The notes under the pieces are model-generated. The model made no database searches. It was not told where the DNA came from and was given only the letters and a program-made list of their open reading frames with translations. From contig JBPCVY010000044.1 of assembly GCA_051010055.1 (NCBI GenBank), positions 3,634 through 67,633 of the forward strand: a DNA stretch of 64,000 nucleotides, given 5' to 3'. Below are positions 49,754-60,095 of the stretch, piece after piece (the first letter of the stretch is position 1; every line of letters starts with the position of its first letter). The position numbers and the translations under genes were made by a program. This DNA comes from Hyphomicrobiales bacterium (GTDB lineage: Bacteria; Pseudomonadota; Alphaproteobacteria; Rhizobiales; CAJQND01).

Positions 49754-51388
49754 TCAATTATGCCCCTTTCGCAAAACTTTGCCTATGAAAATTGCACACA
49801 AAAAGCCCAGAAAAATCAACATTGCGAAAAAAAGATTTCGTATACCGAAAAACAAGGTCGGTGAGGCTGCATCTGGCAGCTTTGCATCGAGAACACCCTG
49901 CGTGCCCAGGGGAAGGCTTTGCAGAACCCGTCCATAAGGGCCGATGACTGCTGAAATTCCGGTGTTTGCGGCACGAACCATGGGAAGCCCTTCTTCAATG
50001 GCGCGCATCCGGGCTTGAGCGAAATGCTGGCGCGGCCCGAATGTGTCCCCGAACCAGGCATCATTGGTGACATTCAACAGCCAGCCAGGGCGTTCGCTAT
50101 CATCTATGACATTGCCGGAAAAAATCGCCTCATAGCAAATGAGCGGGCTTGCAGCCGGCGCATTTGGAACCGGAAGGGTCCGGGGCCCTTGTCCGGCGAT
50201 GAATCCTCCTGGCAGAGTCACCAATTTTCTGAATCCAAGCGGCTCCAATACTGCGCCGAGTGGCAAGTATTCACCAAACGGGACGAGATGAAACTTATCG
50301 GAGCGGGCTGTGACCTTCCCGTCTGCGTCAACCACCAAAACCGAATTGAAAATCGATTCCGGCGGTGATTTCACAGAGCTGCCTTCGGGCAAGCGCAAGC
50401 CGCCCGTAATCAACGTGACATTCTCTGGTAGCAAATTGCCGATCGCAGACAGCGCCTTCGGGTTTTCTTCGAGCAGAAATGGCACGGCGCTTTCCGGCCA
50501 AATTAAATGAGTAATGTCATGAACGCCGCTTCTTTCCGGCGACGTGGCGGCATCGGAAAGCTCCAGATACAACTTGAAAATTGCTTCTCTGTTGGCCGGT
50601 TTCCACTTTTCTTTCTGGGCAATGTTTGGCTGAACAATGCGCAGTTTTACATTCTCAACATAACTCGGCGATAAGCTTGTCAGCCTGTAGGTGCCGATAC
50701 CCCAGGCAAGCACCGCAATGGCTGCGACAATGCCAAGGCCCATATAGGGAACAAGATTGCGCCCACTCTCTTCTTCTGCCTTGTCAGCCAAAACAGCAGG
50801 CGCCGCACAGATGAACACCATAAAGAATGTCAGGCTGTAAAGTCCGCCAAAAGCGGCCAATTGGAGCCATCCATCAAGCAAGCCGGCCGAATATCCAAGG
50901 GCGTTCCAGGGAAACCCGGTGAACAGAATTCCGCGCATCCATTCAGCAGCTGCAAATGCGCTGGCAATGGCAAAAATCCGTGCAAACCCATCGCCCCAGA
51001 ACAACATGGCCAAACCTGTGGCAACGCCATAAAAGATTCCAAGCATTAACGGGAAGATGACAAGCACCAGTGGTATCATCCAAGCGAACAGTTCCGCCTC
51101 AACCTGAAACGCTTCGCTCACCCAGAACAAGCTGACCAAAAAGTAGCCGAACCCGAAACTCCAGCCGGTCGCCAGAGCTGGCCAGAACGCCCGCACCCGG
51201 GCCGGTGTTTGTGCGCTAATCCCGTCAAGAAGCCAGACCAGAACACATAATGAGATGATTTGGGCAGGCAGGATGTAAAGCGGTGGCGCTGCAACTGCGC
51301 ACACAATGCCGGCCAACACAGCCACAAGCAGCCGCCGCCATCCCCACAGAACGATAAACTTAAGCGCAAATTCGTGCATACCCGCCAC
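49754..51388 (-). CDS. lnt: Apolipoprotein N-acyltransferase
   Basis: Multi-TM N-terminal half plus a C-N hydrolase domain (LICYEAIF, NDAWFG). A GTG start at 51388 or an ATG at 51379 are both possible. Confidence 0.88.
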   Translation of the reverse strand: MAGMHEFALKFIVLWGWRRLLVAVLAGIVCAVAAPPLYILPAQIISLCVLVWLLDGISAQTPARVRAFWPALATGWSFGFGYFLVSLFWVSEAFQVEAELFAWMIPLVLVIFPLMLGIFYGVATGLAMLFWGDGFARIFAIASAFAAAEWMRGILFTGFPWNALGYSAGLLDGWLQLAAFGGLYSLTFFMVFICAAPAVLADKAEEESGRNLVPYMGLGIVAAIAVLAWGIGTYRLTSLSPSYVENVKLRIVQPNIAQKEKWKPANREAIFKLYLELSDAATSPERSGVHDITHLIWPESAVPFLLEENPKALSAIGNLLPENVTLITGGLRLPEGSSVKSPPESIFNSVLVVDADGKVTARSDKFHLVPFGEYLPLGAVLEPLGFRKLVTLPGGFIAGQGPRTLPVPNAPAASPLICYEAIFSGNVIDDSERPGWLLNVTNDAWFGDTFGPRQHFAQARMRAIEEGLPMVRAANTGISAVIGPYGRVLQSLPLGTQGVLDAKLPDAASPTLFFGIRNLFFAMLIFLGFLCAIFIGKVLRKGHN

Positions 51389-51431
51389 GCTCTAAACGAA
51401 TCACCGGCATTTTACACGTTTGCAAGGGTTG

Positions 51432-52487
51432 TCATTTGGCTTTCCGCACCTGCGCTGCTGCTTCTTTTTTGGCGACCGGCTTTGTATGCACCCGCAGTTT
51501 CTTTAACCGGCGAGGATCGCCCTCTAGAACCTCGAACTGCAGGCCCGAACTGTGGCGGATCAATTCTCCACGCACCGGCACACGGCCAACCAGCGTGAAA
51601 ACCAGCCCGCCCAGCGTATCGGCATCGTCTTCATCTTCATCCGGCATCAAATCCACATCGACAAGTTGCTCGAGATCTTCGATTTGCGCACGCGCATCGG
51701 TGATAAGGGTCCCATCAGCCTGCCGGACAATCATCGGCGCATCCGGATCGTCGTGCTCATCTGCGATTTCGCCAACAATTTCCTCAACCAGATCCTCAAT
51801 GGACACCAGTCCGTCCGTGCCACCATACTCATCAACAACAAGCGCCAGATGGATTTGGCTGGACTGCATTTTCACAAGCAAATCAACGGCCGGCATAGAT
51901 GGCGGTACAAACAGCATCTCACGCATGATTTTTGCATCGGCAATGGTGGTAGAAAGGTCCGCCCCTGCAAGATTGGGCACCATTTCAGTTGCCGGCGCTT
52001 TTTTCGGTGCGGCCTGGCTGGATTTGCGTTTGGTTTTCTTCTGTTTTGCGGTTTCTGCAATCCACTTGGCCAAATCCTTGACATGCACCATGCCCAGGGG
52101 CTCATCCAGAGTTTCGCGGTAAACCGGAATCCGTGAATGATTTGCCTCAAGAAACACAGCAAAAAGTTCAGCCAGGGTGGTTGTGTCCTCAACCGCGATA
52201 ATATCGGCACGCGGCACCATGACATCTTCAATGCGCTGGCTGCCGAACTCCAGGATGTTGCGCAACATGAACCGCTCTTCTGCGGTTACATCATCAACGT
52301 TACCGGTATCGTGTTGCTCAATGACATCTTCAATGCTCGCCCGTAAACTCTGGCCGCTCTGGCCAAGAATTTTTGCGCGCAGGCCGGACCATAACTGTCC
52401 TAGTGAGTTGTGGGGTTTTGCGCCATAGCCCTTTCCGGTAGAGGAAGGGGCGGCGCTGCTACTGTCAGACTGTGATGATTGGTTCAT
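51432..52487 (-). CDS. CBS-domain HlyC/CorC-family protein (CorC/TlyC-like)
   Basis: A tandem CBS pair and a C-terminal CorC_HlyC domain, in the conserved position between ybeY and lnt. Confidence 0.85.
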   Translation of the reverse strand: MNQSSQSDSSSAAPSSTGKGYGAKPHNSLGQLWSGLRAKILGQSGQSLRASIEDVIEQHDTGNVDDVTAEERFMLRNILEFGSQRIEDVMVPRADIIAVEDTTTLAELFAVFLEANHSRIPVYRETLDEPLGMVHVKDLAKWIAETAKQKKTKRKSSQAAPKKAPATEMVPNLAGADLSTTIADAKIMREMLFVPPSMPAVDLLVKMQSSQIHLALVVDEYGGTDGLVSIEDLVEEIVGEIADEHDDPDAPMIVRQADGTLITDARAQIEDLEQLVDVDLMPDEDEDDADTLGGLVFTLVGRVPVRGELIRHSSGLQFEVLEGDPRRLKKLRVHTKPVAKKEAAAQVRKAK

Positions 52488-52519
52488 TGCTGTTTCGTCA
52501 GCTGGCTGCTGCGATGATT

Positions 52520-52987
52520 CTACGCCATCGCATAGGGGTTCTCAATTCCCAATGCCGCCAGAATTTTTACCTCAAGTTCTTCCATTTTATCAGCCGCCAT
52601 ATCGTCCTGATGATCATAGCCCACCAAATGCAGCACGCCATGCACGATAAGGTGACACAAATGGCTTTCCAAACTCTTTCCCTGTTCTGCCGCCTCGCGG
52701 CTTACGACTCCATACCCAAGGATTATGTCGCCAACGGGGCGCGGCATTTCAGCTGACCATCCGTCTGCTGCGACGCGAGATTCAAACGAAAGCACATTGG
52801 TTGGCGCATCCTTGTTCCGGTATTCATGGTTTAACTGGCGCACTTCATCGTCATTTGCAAGTCGCACGGCAACTTCCAGTTCCGCGGTGCTTACACCCAC
52901 GAATGTGAGCGCAGCTTCACCTGCCCGTTGTACAATATCGCCAACTTCGCCCCAGGCAGGCTCAACAATTTCAATATCAATGGTCAT
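52520..52987 (-). CDS. ybeY: rRNA maturation endoribonuclease YbeY
   Basis: HGVLHLVGYDH zinc-binding motif. Confidence 0.9.
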   Translation of the reverse strand: MTIDIEIVEPAWGEVGDIVQRAGEAALTFVGVSTAELEVAVRLANDDEVRQLNHEYRNKDAPTNVLSFESRVAADGWSAEMPRPVGDIILGYGVVSREAAEQGKSLESHLCHLIVHGVLHLVGYDHQDDMAADKMEELEVKILAALGIENPYAMA

Positions 52988-54003
52988 TTCTTCTGGGCGC
53001 GCTCGTGCTTGTCATAAGCAGCAACAATGCGTGCAACCAATGGATGGCGCACTACGTCACGCTCCGTGAATGCTACAATCTCAACACCCTTTACACCTTC
53101 AAGAATGCCCGTGGCTTCTTTCAGTCCGGATTGAATGCCTCTGGGGAGATCGACCTGGCTTGGATCGCCGGTTATCGCCATGCGGGAATCCTCCCCCAAA
53201 CGGGTGAGGAACATTTTCATCTGCTGCGGCGTTGTGTTCTGGGCCTCATCAAGAATGACGAAAGCACGCGTGAGCGTGCGCCCGCGCATAAATGCCAGCG
53301 GAGCGATTTCAATTGTCTCGTCTGTGAGCCCGCGCTGAACCTGGTTGCCGGGCATGGTGTCGTAGAGCGCATCGTAAAGGGGCCTGAGGTAAGGGTCGAC
53401 CTTTTCCTTCAAATCACCAGGCAAAAAGCCAAGCCGTTCGCCTGCCTCCACCGCCGGGCGGGACAAAATTATTCTGTCCACTTCACCTGCCATAAGTGCT
53501 GCGGCGGCACACGCGACAGCCAGATACGTCTTGCCGGTGCCCGCCGGGCCAATGCCAAAGGTCATTTCGTTTGATTGCAAAGCACGAATGTAATCGCCTT
53601 GCAGGGGCGAACGCGGCAATATAGTTTTGCGGCGGGTTTTGATCTGAATGCCATCGGATGATGTTTTCGGTTTGGCACCCTTTCCCACACGTTTGGACGC
53701 AGGCGTGCGATTTTCCTCTGCAGAGTAAATCCGCACCGCGCCGTCTACATCGCCCGGGGTAATCTCAAAGCCGTCAACCAGCCGGTCATAAAGCTCTGCA
53801 AGAACAAGACGGGCGCTTTCCACTGCTTCCGGGTTGCCTTTCATTGAGACATGGTTACCGCGCGGCGTGAGCTGCAGGCCGAGCCGGTCTTCAATCAGGG
53901 CAAGATGCTGGTCATGTTCTCCAAAGAGATTTGACAGGAGACGATTGTCGTCAAATGTAATGACTTCGTCATGTTCTGCTGTTTCAGCTCGCAGTGTGCT
54001 CAA
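52984..54003 (-). CDS. PhoH-like ATPase (YbeZ)
   Basis: Walker [13 protein letters not shown] and FVILDEAQN Walker B. 4-nt overlap with ybeY. The TTG start is uncertain. Confidence 0.9.
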   Translation of the reverse strand: MSTLRAETAEHDEVITFDDNRLLSNLFGEHDQHLALIEDRLGLQLTPRGNHVSMKGNPEAVESARLVLAELYDRLVDGFEITPGDVDGAVRIYSAEENRTPASKRVGKGAKPKTSSDGIQIKTRRKTILPRSPLQGDYIRALQSNEMTFGIGPAGTGKTYLAVACAAAALMAGEVDRIILSRPAVEAGERLGFLPGDLKEKVDPYLRPLYDALYDTMPGNQVQRGLTDETIEIAPLAFMRGRTLTRAFVILDEAQNTTPQQMKMFLTRLGEDSRMAITGDPSQVDLPRGIQSGLKEATGILEGVKGVEIVAFTERDVVRHPLVARIVAAYDKHERAQKK

Positions 54004-55390
54004 TCGGGCGTGCTCCGCTGGTCGGTTCCGTTTTCACATCTATAATATGCGCTGAAAGGCTATTTGCGCCAATAGAATCGATTTGAGCGTTAACTATTTC
54101 ACCAATTTGCGACATTTCCGCATCAAGGTGAACCGGTTGCAAATATGGAGAGCGGCCAACTAGCTGACCATCAAAACGGCCCGGTTTTTCAAGCAAAATC
54201 TGCATATTCCGACCCAGGCAAGACTGATTGAACGCACTTTGCTGCTCGCGCAACAAGGCTTGCAGACGCTGCAAGCGTTCCGATTTGACTTCTTCGGGCA
54301 CCTGGTCTTCCAGTTCAGCGCCCGGCGTTCCAGGCCTTGGCGAGTACTTGAACGAAAACGCCTGGGCATAGTTGACCGTGCGGATGAGGTTCATTGTGTC
54401 CTCAAAATCAGCGTCCGTTTCACCTGGAAAACCAACGATAAAATCGCCGGAAAGGGCGAGATCAGGCCGGGTTTTGCGGATGCGTTCGATCAAATCCACA
54501 TAGCTTTGGCCCGTATGCTGGCGGTTCATCGCCTTCAAAATGCGGTTTGAACCTGTTTGCACGGGCAAATGGAGATAGGGCATCACCTTCGGGTTCTCAC
54601 CATGGGCCGCGATTAACTCGTCATCCATATCGCGTGGATGGCTGGTGGTGTAACGCAAGCGCGCAATGCCTTCGATCTCTGAAAGATGGTTAAGTAAGTG
54701 GCCAAGAGACCAAGTTTTCCCATCCGGCCCGTCACCATGATAGGCGTTGACGTTCTGGCCGAGCAAAGTAATTTCGCGAACTCCTGCATCCGCAAGGCGC
54801 CGCGCTTCTTCGGTAACCTGTGAAACCGGGCGCGAGAATTCAGCCCCGCGGGTATAGGGCACCACACAGAAGGAGCAGAATTTATCGCACCCTTCCTGAA
54901 CCGTCAGAAATGCGGTGACCCCGCGCGCTATGGTTTTTGCGCCCACAGGTGTTTTCAAATGATCGAACTTGTCCTCAACAGGAAATTCCGTCTCCACCAC
55001 ACCGGGGCCCGACTTTTCAAATTGCTCAAGCAAGCTCGGCAGCTTGTGATAGGTTTGCGGGCCGAACACCAGGTCCACAACCGGCGCCCGCCGCACGATT
55101 TCTTCACCTTCAGCCTGGGCAACACAACCGGCCACGGCAATGATGGCCTCTTTACCCTGTTTTTGGCGTTCGAGCTTTTGCGGGCGCAGCCGGCCAAGTT
55201 CGGAATAGACCTTTTCTGCGGCTTTCTCCCGAATGTGGCAGGTGTTCAGAATAATGAAATCGGCATCGTCGGGTGCATCGGTTTGCTCATAACCAAGCGG
55301 TAAAAGAACGTCGGACATTTTCTCTGTGTCATAAACGTTCATCTGGCACCCGTAGGTTTTGATGAACAGCTTTTTAGCGCCGGTTTGCAT
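53984..55390 (-). CDS. miaB: tRNA-i6A37 methylthiotransferase
   Basis: N-terminal [10 protein letters not shown], radical-SAM CDKFCSFC, and a C-terminal TRAM domain. Confidence 0.93.
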   Translation of the reverse strand: MQTGAKKLFIKTYGCQMNVYDTEKMSDVLLPLGYEQTDAPDDADFIILNTCHIREKAAEKVYSELGRLRPQKLERQKQGKEAIIAVAGCVAQAEGEEIVRRAPVVDLVFGPQTYHKLPSLLEQFEKSGPGVVETEFPVEDKFDHLKTPVGAKTIARGVTAFLTVQEGCDKFCSFCVVPYTRGAEFSRPVSQVTEEARRLADAGVREITLLGQNVNAYHGDGPDGKTWSLGHLLNHLSEIEGIARLRYTTSHPRDMDDELIAAHGENPKVMPYLHLPVQTGSNRILKAMNRQHTGQSYVDLIERIRKTRPDLALSGDFIVGFPGETDADFEDTMNLIRTVNYAQAFSFKYSPRPGTPGAELEDQVPEEVKSERLQRLQALLREQQSAFNQSCLGRNMQILLEKPGRFDGQLVGRSPYLQPVHLDAEMSQIGEIVNAQIDSIGANSLSAHIIDVKTEPTSGARPIEHTAS

Positions 55391-55477
55391 CGGTGTTGAC
55401 TACCTGAATTGTAGCACGAATGCGTGCTTTCCATAAAATTGTTGCGCTTCTCTATACCCTTAACGGGGTTTTGCCTA

Positions 55478-56254
55478 TCATTTCTTGGCAGGGCGGCGGT
55501 AAAGTGATGTCATCAGGCCATCGCGCACAACTTCCTCACAATGACCGCTAAGCTCTTTCCGGTTTTTAAAGTCGCTCGGCGATACCACCTGATGAAACCG
55601 GAGTTCGGTTTCAAACAAACCCTGCTTCAACAGCGCCCAAAGGTGGGGAAGAAGATCCATATCCCCATACCAAGCAAGATAGGGCCGACGGCGACGACCC
55701 ATGGGCAGTCCGCCAAGTCCGGTATAGGCAATGGTTAGAGGTTGCACCGGCACATCGGTTCCTTCAACCGCTGAAAGAAGAGCGCTTTTGAACGGCAAAA
55801 CCCGGTTGCCGTTCGAACTTGTGCCTTCTGCAAACAGCACCAGTATTTCCCCATCTTCCAGGCGCGCCCTCATTTCTTCTTTGAAATGATTGGTGTTTCC
55901 CGGCTTTTCCCGCTCCACGAACAAAGACCGCTTGAGCCGCGCAAGCATGCCAAAAACCGGCCATGAGGACACATCGCTTTTGGCAATGAATGCGCAAGGG
56001 ATAACTCCGGAGATGAGTATGATGTCGGTCCAGGACACATGGTTTGCCGCAATCAGACAGGGGCCGTCTTCCACCGGTTCACCTATGACCGTAACCGTTG
56101 CACCCAGAAGATATGAGATGAAACGGAACACGGGCATGGAAAAGTTTTCCGCTTTAACCGGCGAGAAAATCCTTATCCCAAGATAGATAGGGATCGTCAC
56201 CGCAAAGAGCAGTGCGATTGCGGCGAGCCTTAAGCTTGCGCTAAGTGTCGCCAT
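55478..56254 (-). CDS. Lysophospholipid (1-acyl-sn-glycerol-3-phosphate) acyltransferase family protein
   Basis: HX4D motif NHVSWTD and the FAEGTSS motif, with an N-terminal TM anchor. Confidence 0.75.
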   Translation of the reverse strand: MATLSASLRLAAIALLFAVTIPIYLGIRIFSPVKAENFSMPVFRFISYLLGATVTVIGEPVEDGPCLIAANHVSWTDIILISGVIPCAFIAKSDVSSWPVFGMLARLKRSLFVEREKPGNTNHFKEEMRARLEDGEILVLFAEGTSSNGNRVLPFKSALLSAVEGTDVPVQPLTIAYTGLGGLPMGRRRRPYLAWYGDMDLLPHLWALLKQGLFETELRFHQVVSPSDFKNRKELSGHCEEVVRDGLMTSLYRRPAKK

Positions 56255-56669
56255 TCTCTGATTTCAGCCGGGTGCCGTACAGCTCTAGCCGGTGGTCAAC
56301 CAGCTTGTAGCCAAGTTCGCGGGCGACCAGTTCCTGAATTTTTTCGATATCCTCGTTCCGGAATTCAATGACCTCGCCCGACTGCAAATCAATCAAATGA
56401 TCATGATGCTCTTCAGGTACAGGCTCATAACGCGCCCGCCCGTCGCCAAATTCGTGACGCTCAAGAATACCGGCATCATCGAACAACCGCACGGTGCGAT
56501 AAACCGTGGCGATTGAAATATTGGGGTCAATCGCGGATGCGCGGCGGTAGACCTCTTCCACGTCAGGGTGATCATCAGCGCTCGACAGCACACGGGCAAT
56601 TACCCGGCGCTGATCGGTCATGCGCATGCCTTTTTTGACGCAGATTTCTTCTAAAGTCGTTTCGCTCAT
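56241..56669 (-). CDS. fur: Fur-family metalloregulator (rhizobial Fur/Mur-like)
   Basis: GMRMTDQRRVIARVL, VPEEHHDHLIDL and LVDHRLELYG closely resemble rhizobial Fur/Mur. Confidence 0.88.
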   Translation of the reverse strand: MSETTLEEICVKKGMRMTDQRRVIARVLSSADDHPDVEEVYRRASAIDPNISIATVYRTVRLFDDAGILERHEFGDGRARYEPVPEEHHDHLIDLQSGEVIEFRNEDIEKIQELVARELGYKLVDHRLELYGTRLKSENGDT

Positions 56670-56835
56670 AAACTTTCCAACTCACCGCTTCAGCGCAATG
56701 TATATGTCCTGCAGGGAATTCGCGCAACGGACGGCGATGGGGGTGCGGATAAGTTTGTGGTTGCATTGAAAGCCGGCATGACTACATGTTTTTGCAAATG
56801 TTCTGTAAATTCCAGCAAGTGAGGAAAACGGGCCC

Positions 56836-57402
56836 GTGAGCACGGATCAGACACATAACCAAGGCATCTGGCACGGCACAACCATTGTTACCGTTCGCAA
56901 AAAGGGCAAGGTGGTTATCGCCGGTGACGGTCAGGTGAGCCTTGGCAACACTGTAATAAAAGCAAATGCGCGCAAAGTTCGCCCGCTTGGAAAAGGAAAT
57001 GTGATTGCCGGGTTTGCCGGCGCAACGGCGGATGCCTTTACGCTGTTCGAGCGTCTTGAAGGCAAACTTGAGCAATACCCGGAACAACTGACCCGGGCTT
57101 GCGTGGAACTCGCAAAAGACTGGCGCATGGACCGTTACTTGCGCCGGCTTGAGGCGATGATGATTGTTGCTGACAAATCAGTTTCCCTGGTGCTCACCGG
57201 TACGGGTGATGTGCTTGAACCGGAAAACGGCCTTACCGCCATCGGCTCTGGCGGCAACTACGCCTATGCAGCAGCAAAGGCCCTGATCGACAGCAAACTT
57301 GGCGCTGAGGAGATTGCCCGGCGGTCAATGGAAATCGCAGCAGATATTTGTGTCTTCACCAATGAAAATCTGGTGGTTGAAACCCTTGATGCGGACAAAT
57401 GA
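56836..57402 (+). CDS. hslV: ATP-dependent protease subunit HslV
   Basis: [12 protein letters not shown] (N-terminal Thr nucleophile region) and GSGGNYA. The GTG start has a GAGGAAAA RBS. Confidence 0.93.
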   Translation: MSTDQTHNQGIWHGTTIVTVRKKGKVVIAGDGQVSLGNTVIKANARKVRPLGKGNVIAGFAGATADAFTLFERLEGKLEQYPEQLTRACVELAKDWRMDRYLRRLEAMMIVADKSVSLVLTGTGDVLEPENGLTAIGSGGNYAYAAAKALIDSKLGAEEIARRSMEIAADICVFTNENLVVETLDADK

Positions 57403-57445
57403 TCATTTATCCCGGTCCTGAAACTCCGCGAACGGATATTCATTC

Positions 57446-58435
57446 ATGAAGTTTACCAAAGACGATTTTGTTGCCGCTGTTGATGCGGGCATTATAGATG
57501 CCCGGCAGGCGGATGCGCTGGAGCAGTTCCACAAAGAACGGCTACAAGCTCCCCGGGCGCGAAATGAGCACTTTCGTCTGGCCAATAATTTCGGTGAAAT
57601 CTTTATCTGCATTGGCCAGATAATGGTGCTCACCGTTCTGGCGGACAGTTCCCTGGTTTGGGTTATCGCGGGCGCGTGCCTTTTTTGGGCCATGGGTGAG
57701 TATTTCTCATTCCATAAGCCAAGGCTGGCGCCGGCAATTGTCGCCTCTGTTGGCTTCGCATACCTGGCCGCCAATGCTGCAAGTGCGTTCATTTTCCCGG
57801 AAAACGCATTTACGGTTTTCGACTTCAAAGTAGAGCTGATCGGAATTGCGGCACTTGCATCGCTGGCGGCATTTTTGCGATTTCGCATTCCGTTCCTGCT
57901 GCTGCCAATTGCTGCGGCTTTAACATTGCTCAGCATTATGGTGGCAAGAGACGTCTTTCCCGGCCTTCCTTACCTGACCATCTTTGCTGTTTGTGGCCTG
58001 CTCATTCTGGGCTTGGCCATTTGGCTTGATGCCCAGGACCCGTTGCGTCAAAGCCGGGTGAATTCCTATGCGTTCTGGCTTTTCATTATCGGCTCACCTT
58101 TGACAATCCACCCGCTGTTTTTCAGCATTTTGAAAAGCCAAGATCTATCGAACATCGCGCTGGTTATCTTCCTTTGTGCTGTCGCTGCCTCAACCCTTGG
58201 GCTGATTTTGGACCGGCGCTCACTGGTTGCCTCCTCGCTCATATATTTCACTGTTTCCATCGGCTACATGAACTCCCAAGCCAGCGGCAGCATTTCCGGC
58301 GCTGTGGTGCCAACCACATTGATTGTCGGAACCGGGGTGATTTTGCTTGGCGTTTTCTGGTATCCGTTGCGAACACAGCTGATGCGGCTTTTGCCCGAAC
58401 ACCCTCTGCTTGAAAAACTTCCTCCGAACACGTGA
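57446..58435 (+). CDS. Hypothetical polytopic membrane protein inserted between hslV and hslU
   Basis: 329 aa: a soluble N-terminal region of about 45 aa (MKFTKDDFVAAVDAGIIDARQADALEQFHKERL) followed by about 8 hydrophobic segments. It sits 43 nt after hslV, and its stop lies 6 nt before the hslU start. Confidence 0.55.
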   Translation: MKFTKDDFVAAVDAGIIDARQADALEQFHKERLQAPRARNEHFRLANNFGEIFICIGQIMVLTVLADSSLVWVIAGACLFWAMGEYFSFHKPRLAPAIVASVGFAYLAANAASAFIFPENAFTVFDFKVELIGIAALASLAAFLRFRIPFLLLPIAAALTLLSIMVARDVFPGLPYLTIFAVCGLLILGLAIWLDAQDPLRQSRVNSYAFWLFIIGSPLTIHPLFFSILKSQDLSNIALVIFLCAVAASTLGLILDRRSLVASSLIYFTVSIGYMNSQASGSISGAVVPTTLIVGTGVILLGVFWYPLRTQLMRLLPEHPLLEKLPPNT

Positions 58436-58441
58436 GCTCAC

Positions 58442-59749
58442 ATGACAGATTTTTCTCCCCGTGAAATCGTATCCGAACTGGACCGGCACATTATCGGTCA
58501 AAATGATGCAAAGCGTGCAGTTGCCATCGCGTTGCGCAACCGCTGGCGGCGCAAGCAGCTTGACGATGTCATGCGCGAAGAAGTGCTCCCCAAAAATATC
58601 TTGATGATCGGGCCCACGGGTGTTGGCAAAACAGAAATCTCACGCCGCCTTGCCAAACTTGCCAATGCGCCGTTCATCAAGGTTGAAGCCACCAAGTTTA
58701 CCGAAGTCGGATATGTGGGCCGCGATGTTGAGCAGATTGTCCGCGATCTTACGGAAGCAGGCATCTCTATTGTCCGCGATGCCAAGCGCAAGGAAGTTTC
58801 CGCCGCCGCCCACATAAATGCCGAAGAACGAGTGTTGAACGCCCTTGTTGGTGAAAAGGCAAGCGATGGCACCCGTCAAAGCTTCCGCAAAAAGCTGCGT
58901 GAGGGCGATCTGGACGACAAGGAAATCGAGGTTGAAGTTGCCGACACGGGTGCGGGTCTGGGCGGGTTTGAAATTCCGGGCATGCCCGGCGCATCGGTTG
59001 GCATGATCAATATCAACGAAATGTTCGGCAAGGCCATGGGCGGGCGCACAAAAACGCGCCGCCTCACGGTGCGGGAATCTTACGATATTCTGATTGCCGA
59101 AGAATCCGACAAGCTACTTGATGATGAACAGATCATCCTGGAAGCAGTTGATGCAGTTGAGAATAACGGCATCGTTTTCCTCGATGAGATCGACAAGATA
59201 TGCGTGCGCACCGAACGGACCGGCGGAGATGTGAGCCGCGAAGGCGTGCAGCGCGATTTGCTTCCCCTGATCGAGGGAACTGTTGTCTCCACCAAGCATG
59301 GGCCGGTGAAAACAGATCATATCCTGTTCATTGCATCAGGCGCATTTCATCAGTCAAAGCCATCAGACCTTTTGCCTGAATTGCAGGGCAGGTTGCCCAT
59401 CCGCGTTGAACTGCGGGCGCTTACCCAGGAAGATTTCCGCCGCATTCTGACCGAACCGGAAGCAAGTCTGATCAAACAATATTGCGCGCTGATGGGCACC
59501 GAGGAAGTGGCGCTGGATTTCACAGAAGATGGCATTGAAGCGCTTGCCAGCATCGCGGCTGAGATAAACTCTACTGTCGAGAATATCGGCGCCCGCCGGC
59601 TACATACGGTTATGGAGCGCGTTCTCGACGAGATTTCCTTTGCTGCCACCGACCAGGGCGGGGAAACGGTGACTATAGATGCAGCCTATGTCGATAAGCA
59701 CATTGGCGATCTGGCGAAGAACACCGACCTTTCCAAGTTCATTCTTTAG
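58442..59749 (+). CDS. hslU: ATP-dependent protease ATPase subunit HslU
   Basis: Walker [25 protein letters not shown] Walker B, and the I-domain insertion. Confidence 0.95.
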   Translation: MTDFSPREIVSELDRHIIGQNDAKRAVAIALRNRWRRKQLDDVMREEVLPKNILMIGPTGVGKTEISRRLAKLANAPFIKVEATKFTEVGYVGRDVEQIVRDLTEAGISIVRDAKRKEVSAAAHINAEERVLNALVGEKASDGTRQSFRKKLREGDLDDKEIEVEVADTGAGLGGFEIPGMPGASVGMININEMFGKAMGGRTKTRRLTVRESYDILIAEESDKLLDDEQIILEAVDAVENNGIVFLDEIDKICVRTERTGGDVSREGVQRDLLPLIEGTVVSTKHGPVKTDHILFIASGAFHQSKPSDLLPELQGRLPIRVELRALTQEDFRRILTEPEASLIKQYCALMGTEEVALDFTEDGIEALASIAAEINSTVENIGARRLHTVMERVLDEISFAATDQGGETVTIDAAYVDKHIGDLAKNTDLSKFIL

Positions 59750-60095
59750 AAGGCAGGTTTTCCATCAGGGTTTCGATTTCTTTTTCGGAGAGATCGCCGA
59801 TTGACTGCGCAAGCTTGTTTGCAAACTCTGTCGCCTTTGCATCAAGCCCAGATGTGTCGATGACAATGCGCGGATGAGATAGTTGCGCCAGCCGCTGTAT
59901 CTCTTCCGCCTCATCCCAAATCACGTTGAAAAACGTAATTATCCGCTGCACCAGGTACCAGCTCGGCCGCCCGCGGTTGCCGTTTTCCAGAGCAGACAGA
60001 TAAGCATTGGACACGCCGATCGCCGCTGCCATTTCCTTTTGGGTGACGCCGTTCTTTTTGCGAAGCGCGCGCATTTTTTCACCAAATGGCGTCAT
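59739..60095 (-). CDS. XRE-family helix-turn-helix transcriptional regulator
   Basis: HTH_3 motif [27 protein letters not shown]. Its ATG overlaps the smr stop (ATGA), and its 3-prime end overlaps the hslU 3-prime end by 11 nt. Confidence 0.7.
   Translation of the reverse strand: MTPFGEKMRALRKKNGVTQKEMAAAIGVSNAYLSALENGNRGRPSWYLVQRIITFFNVIWDEAEEIQRLAQLSHPRIVIDTSGLDAKATEFANKLAQSIGDLSEKEIETLMENLPSKE

Noticed and set aside
56789-56812. A possible Fur/Mur box (TTTTGCAAATGTTCTGTAAATT) in the fur-hslV divergent spacer.
   Set aside because: There is no convincing dyad symmetry and no match to the 19-bp Fur consensus or to a rhizobial Mur-type palindrome that I can verify by eye.
57403-57936. A 177-aa minus-strand ORF in the hslV-hslU gap as an alternative to the plus-strand membrane protein.
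   Set aside because: Its translation is A/S/R-rich with no hydrophobic or motif structure. The plus-strand ORF fills the whole gap, matches the operon strand, and has a coherent TM pattern.
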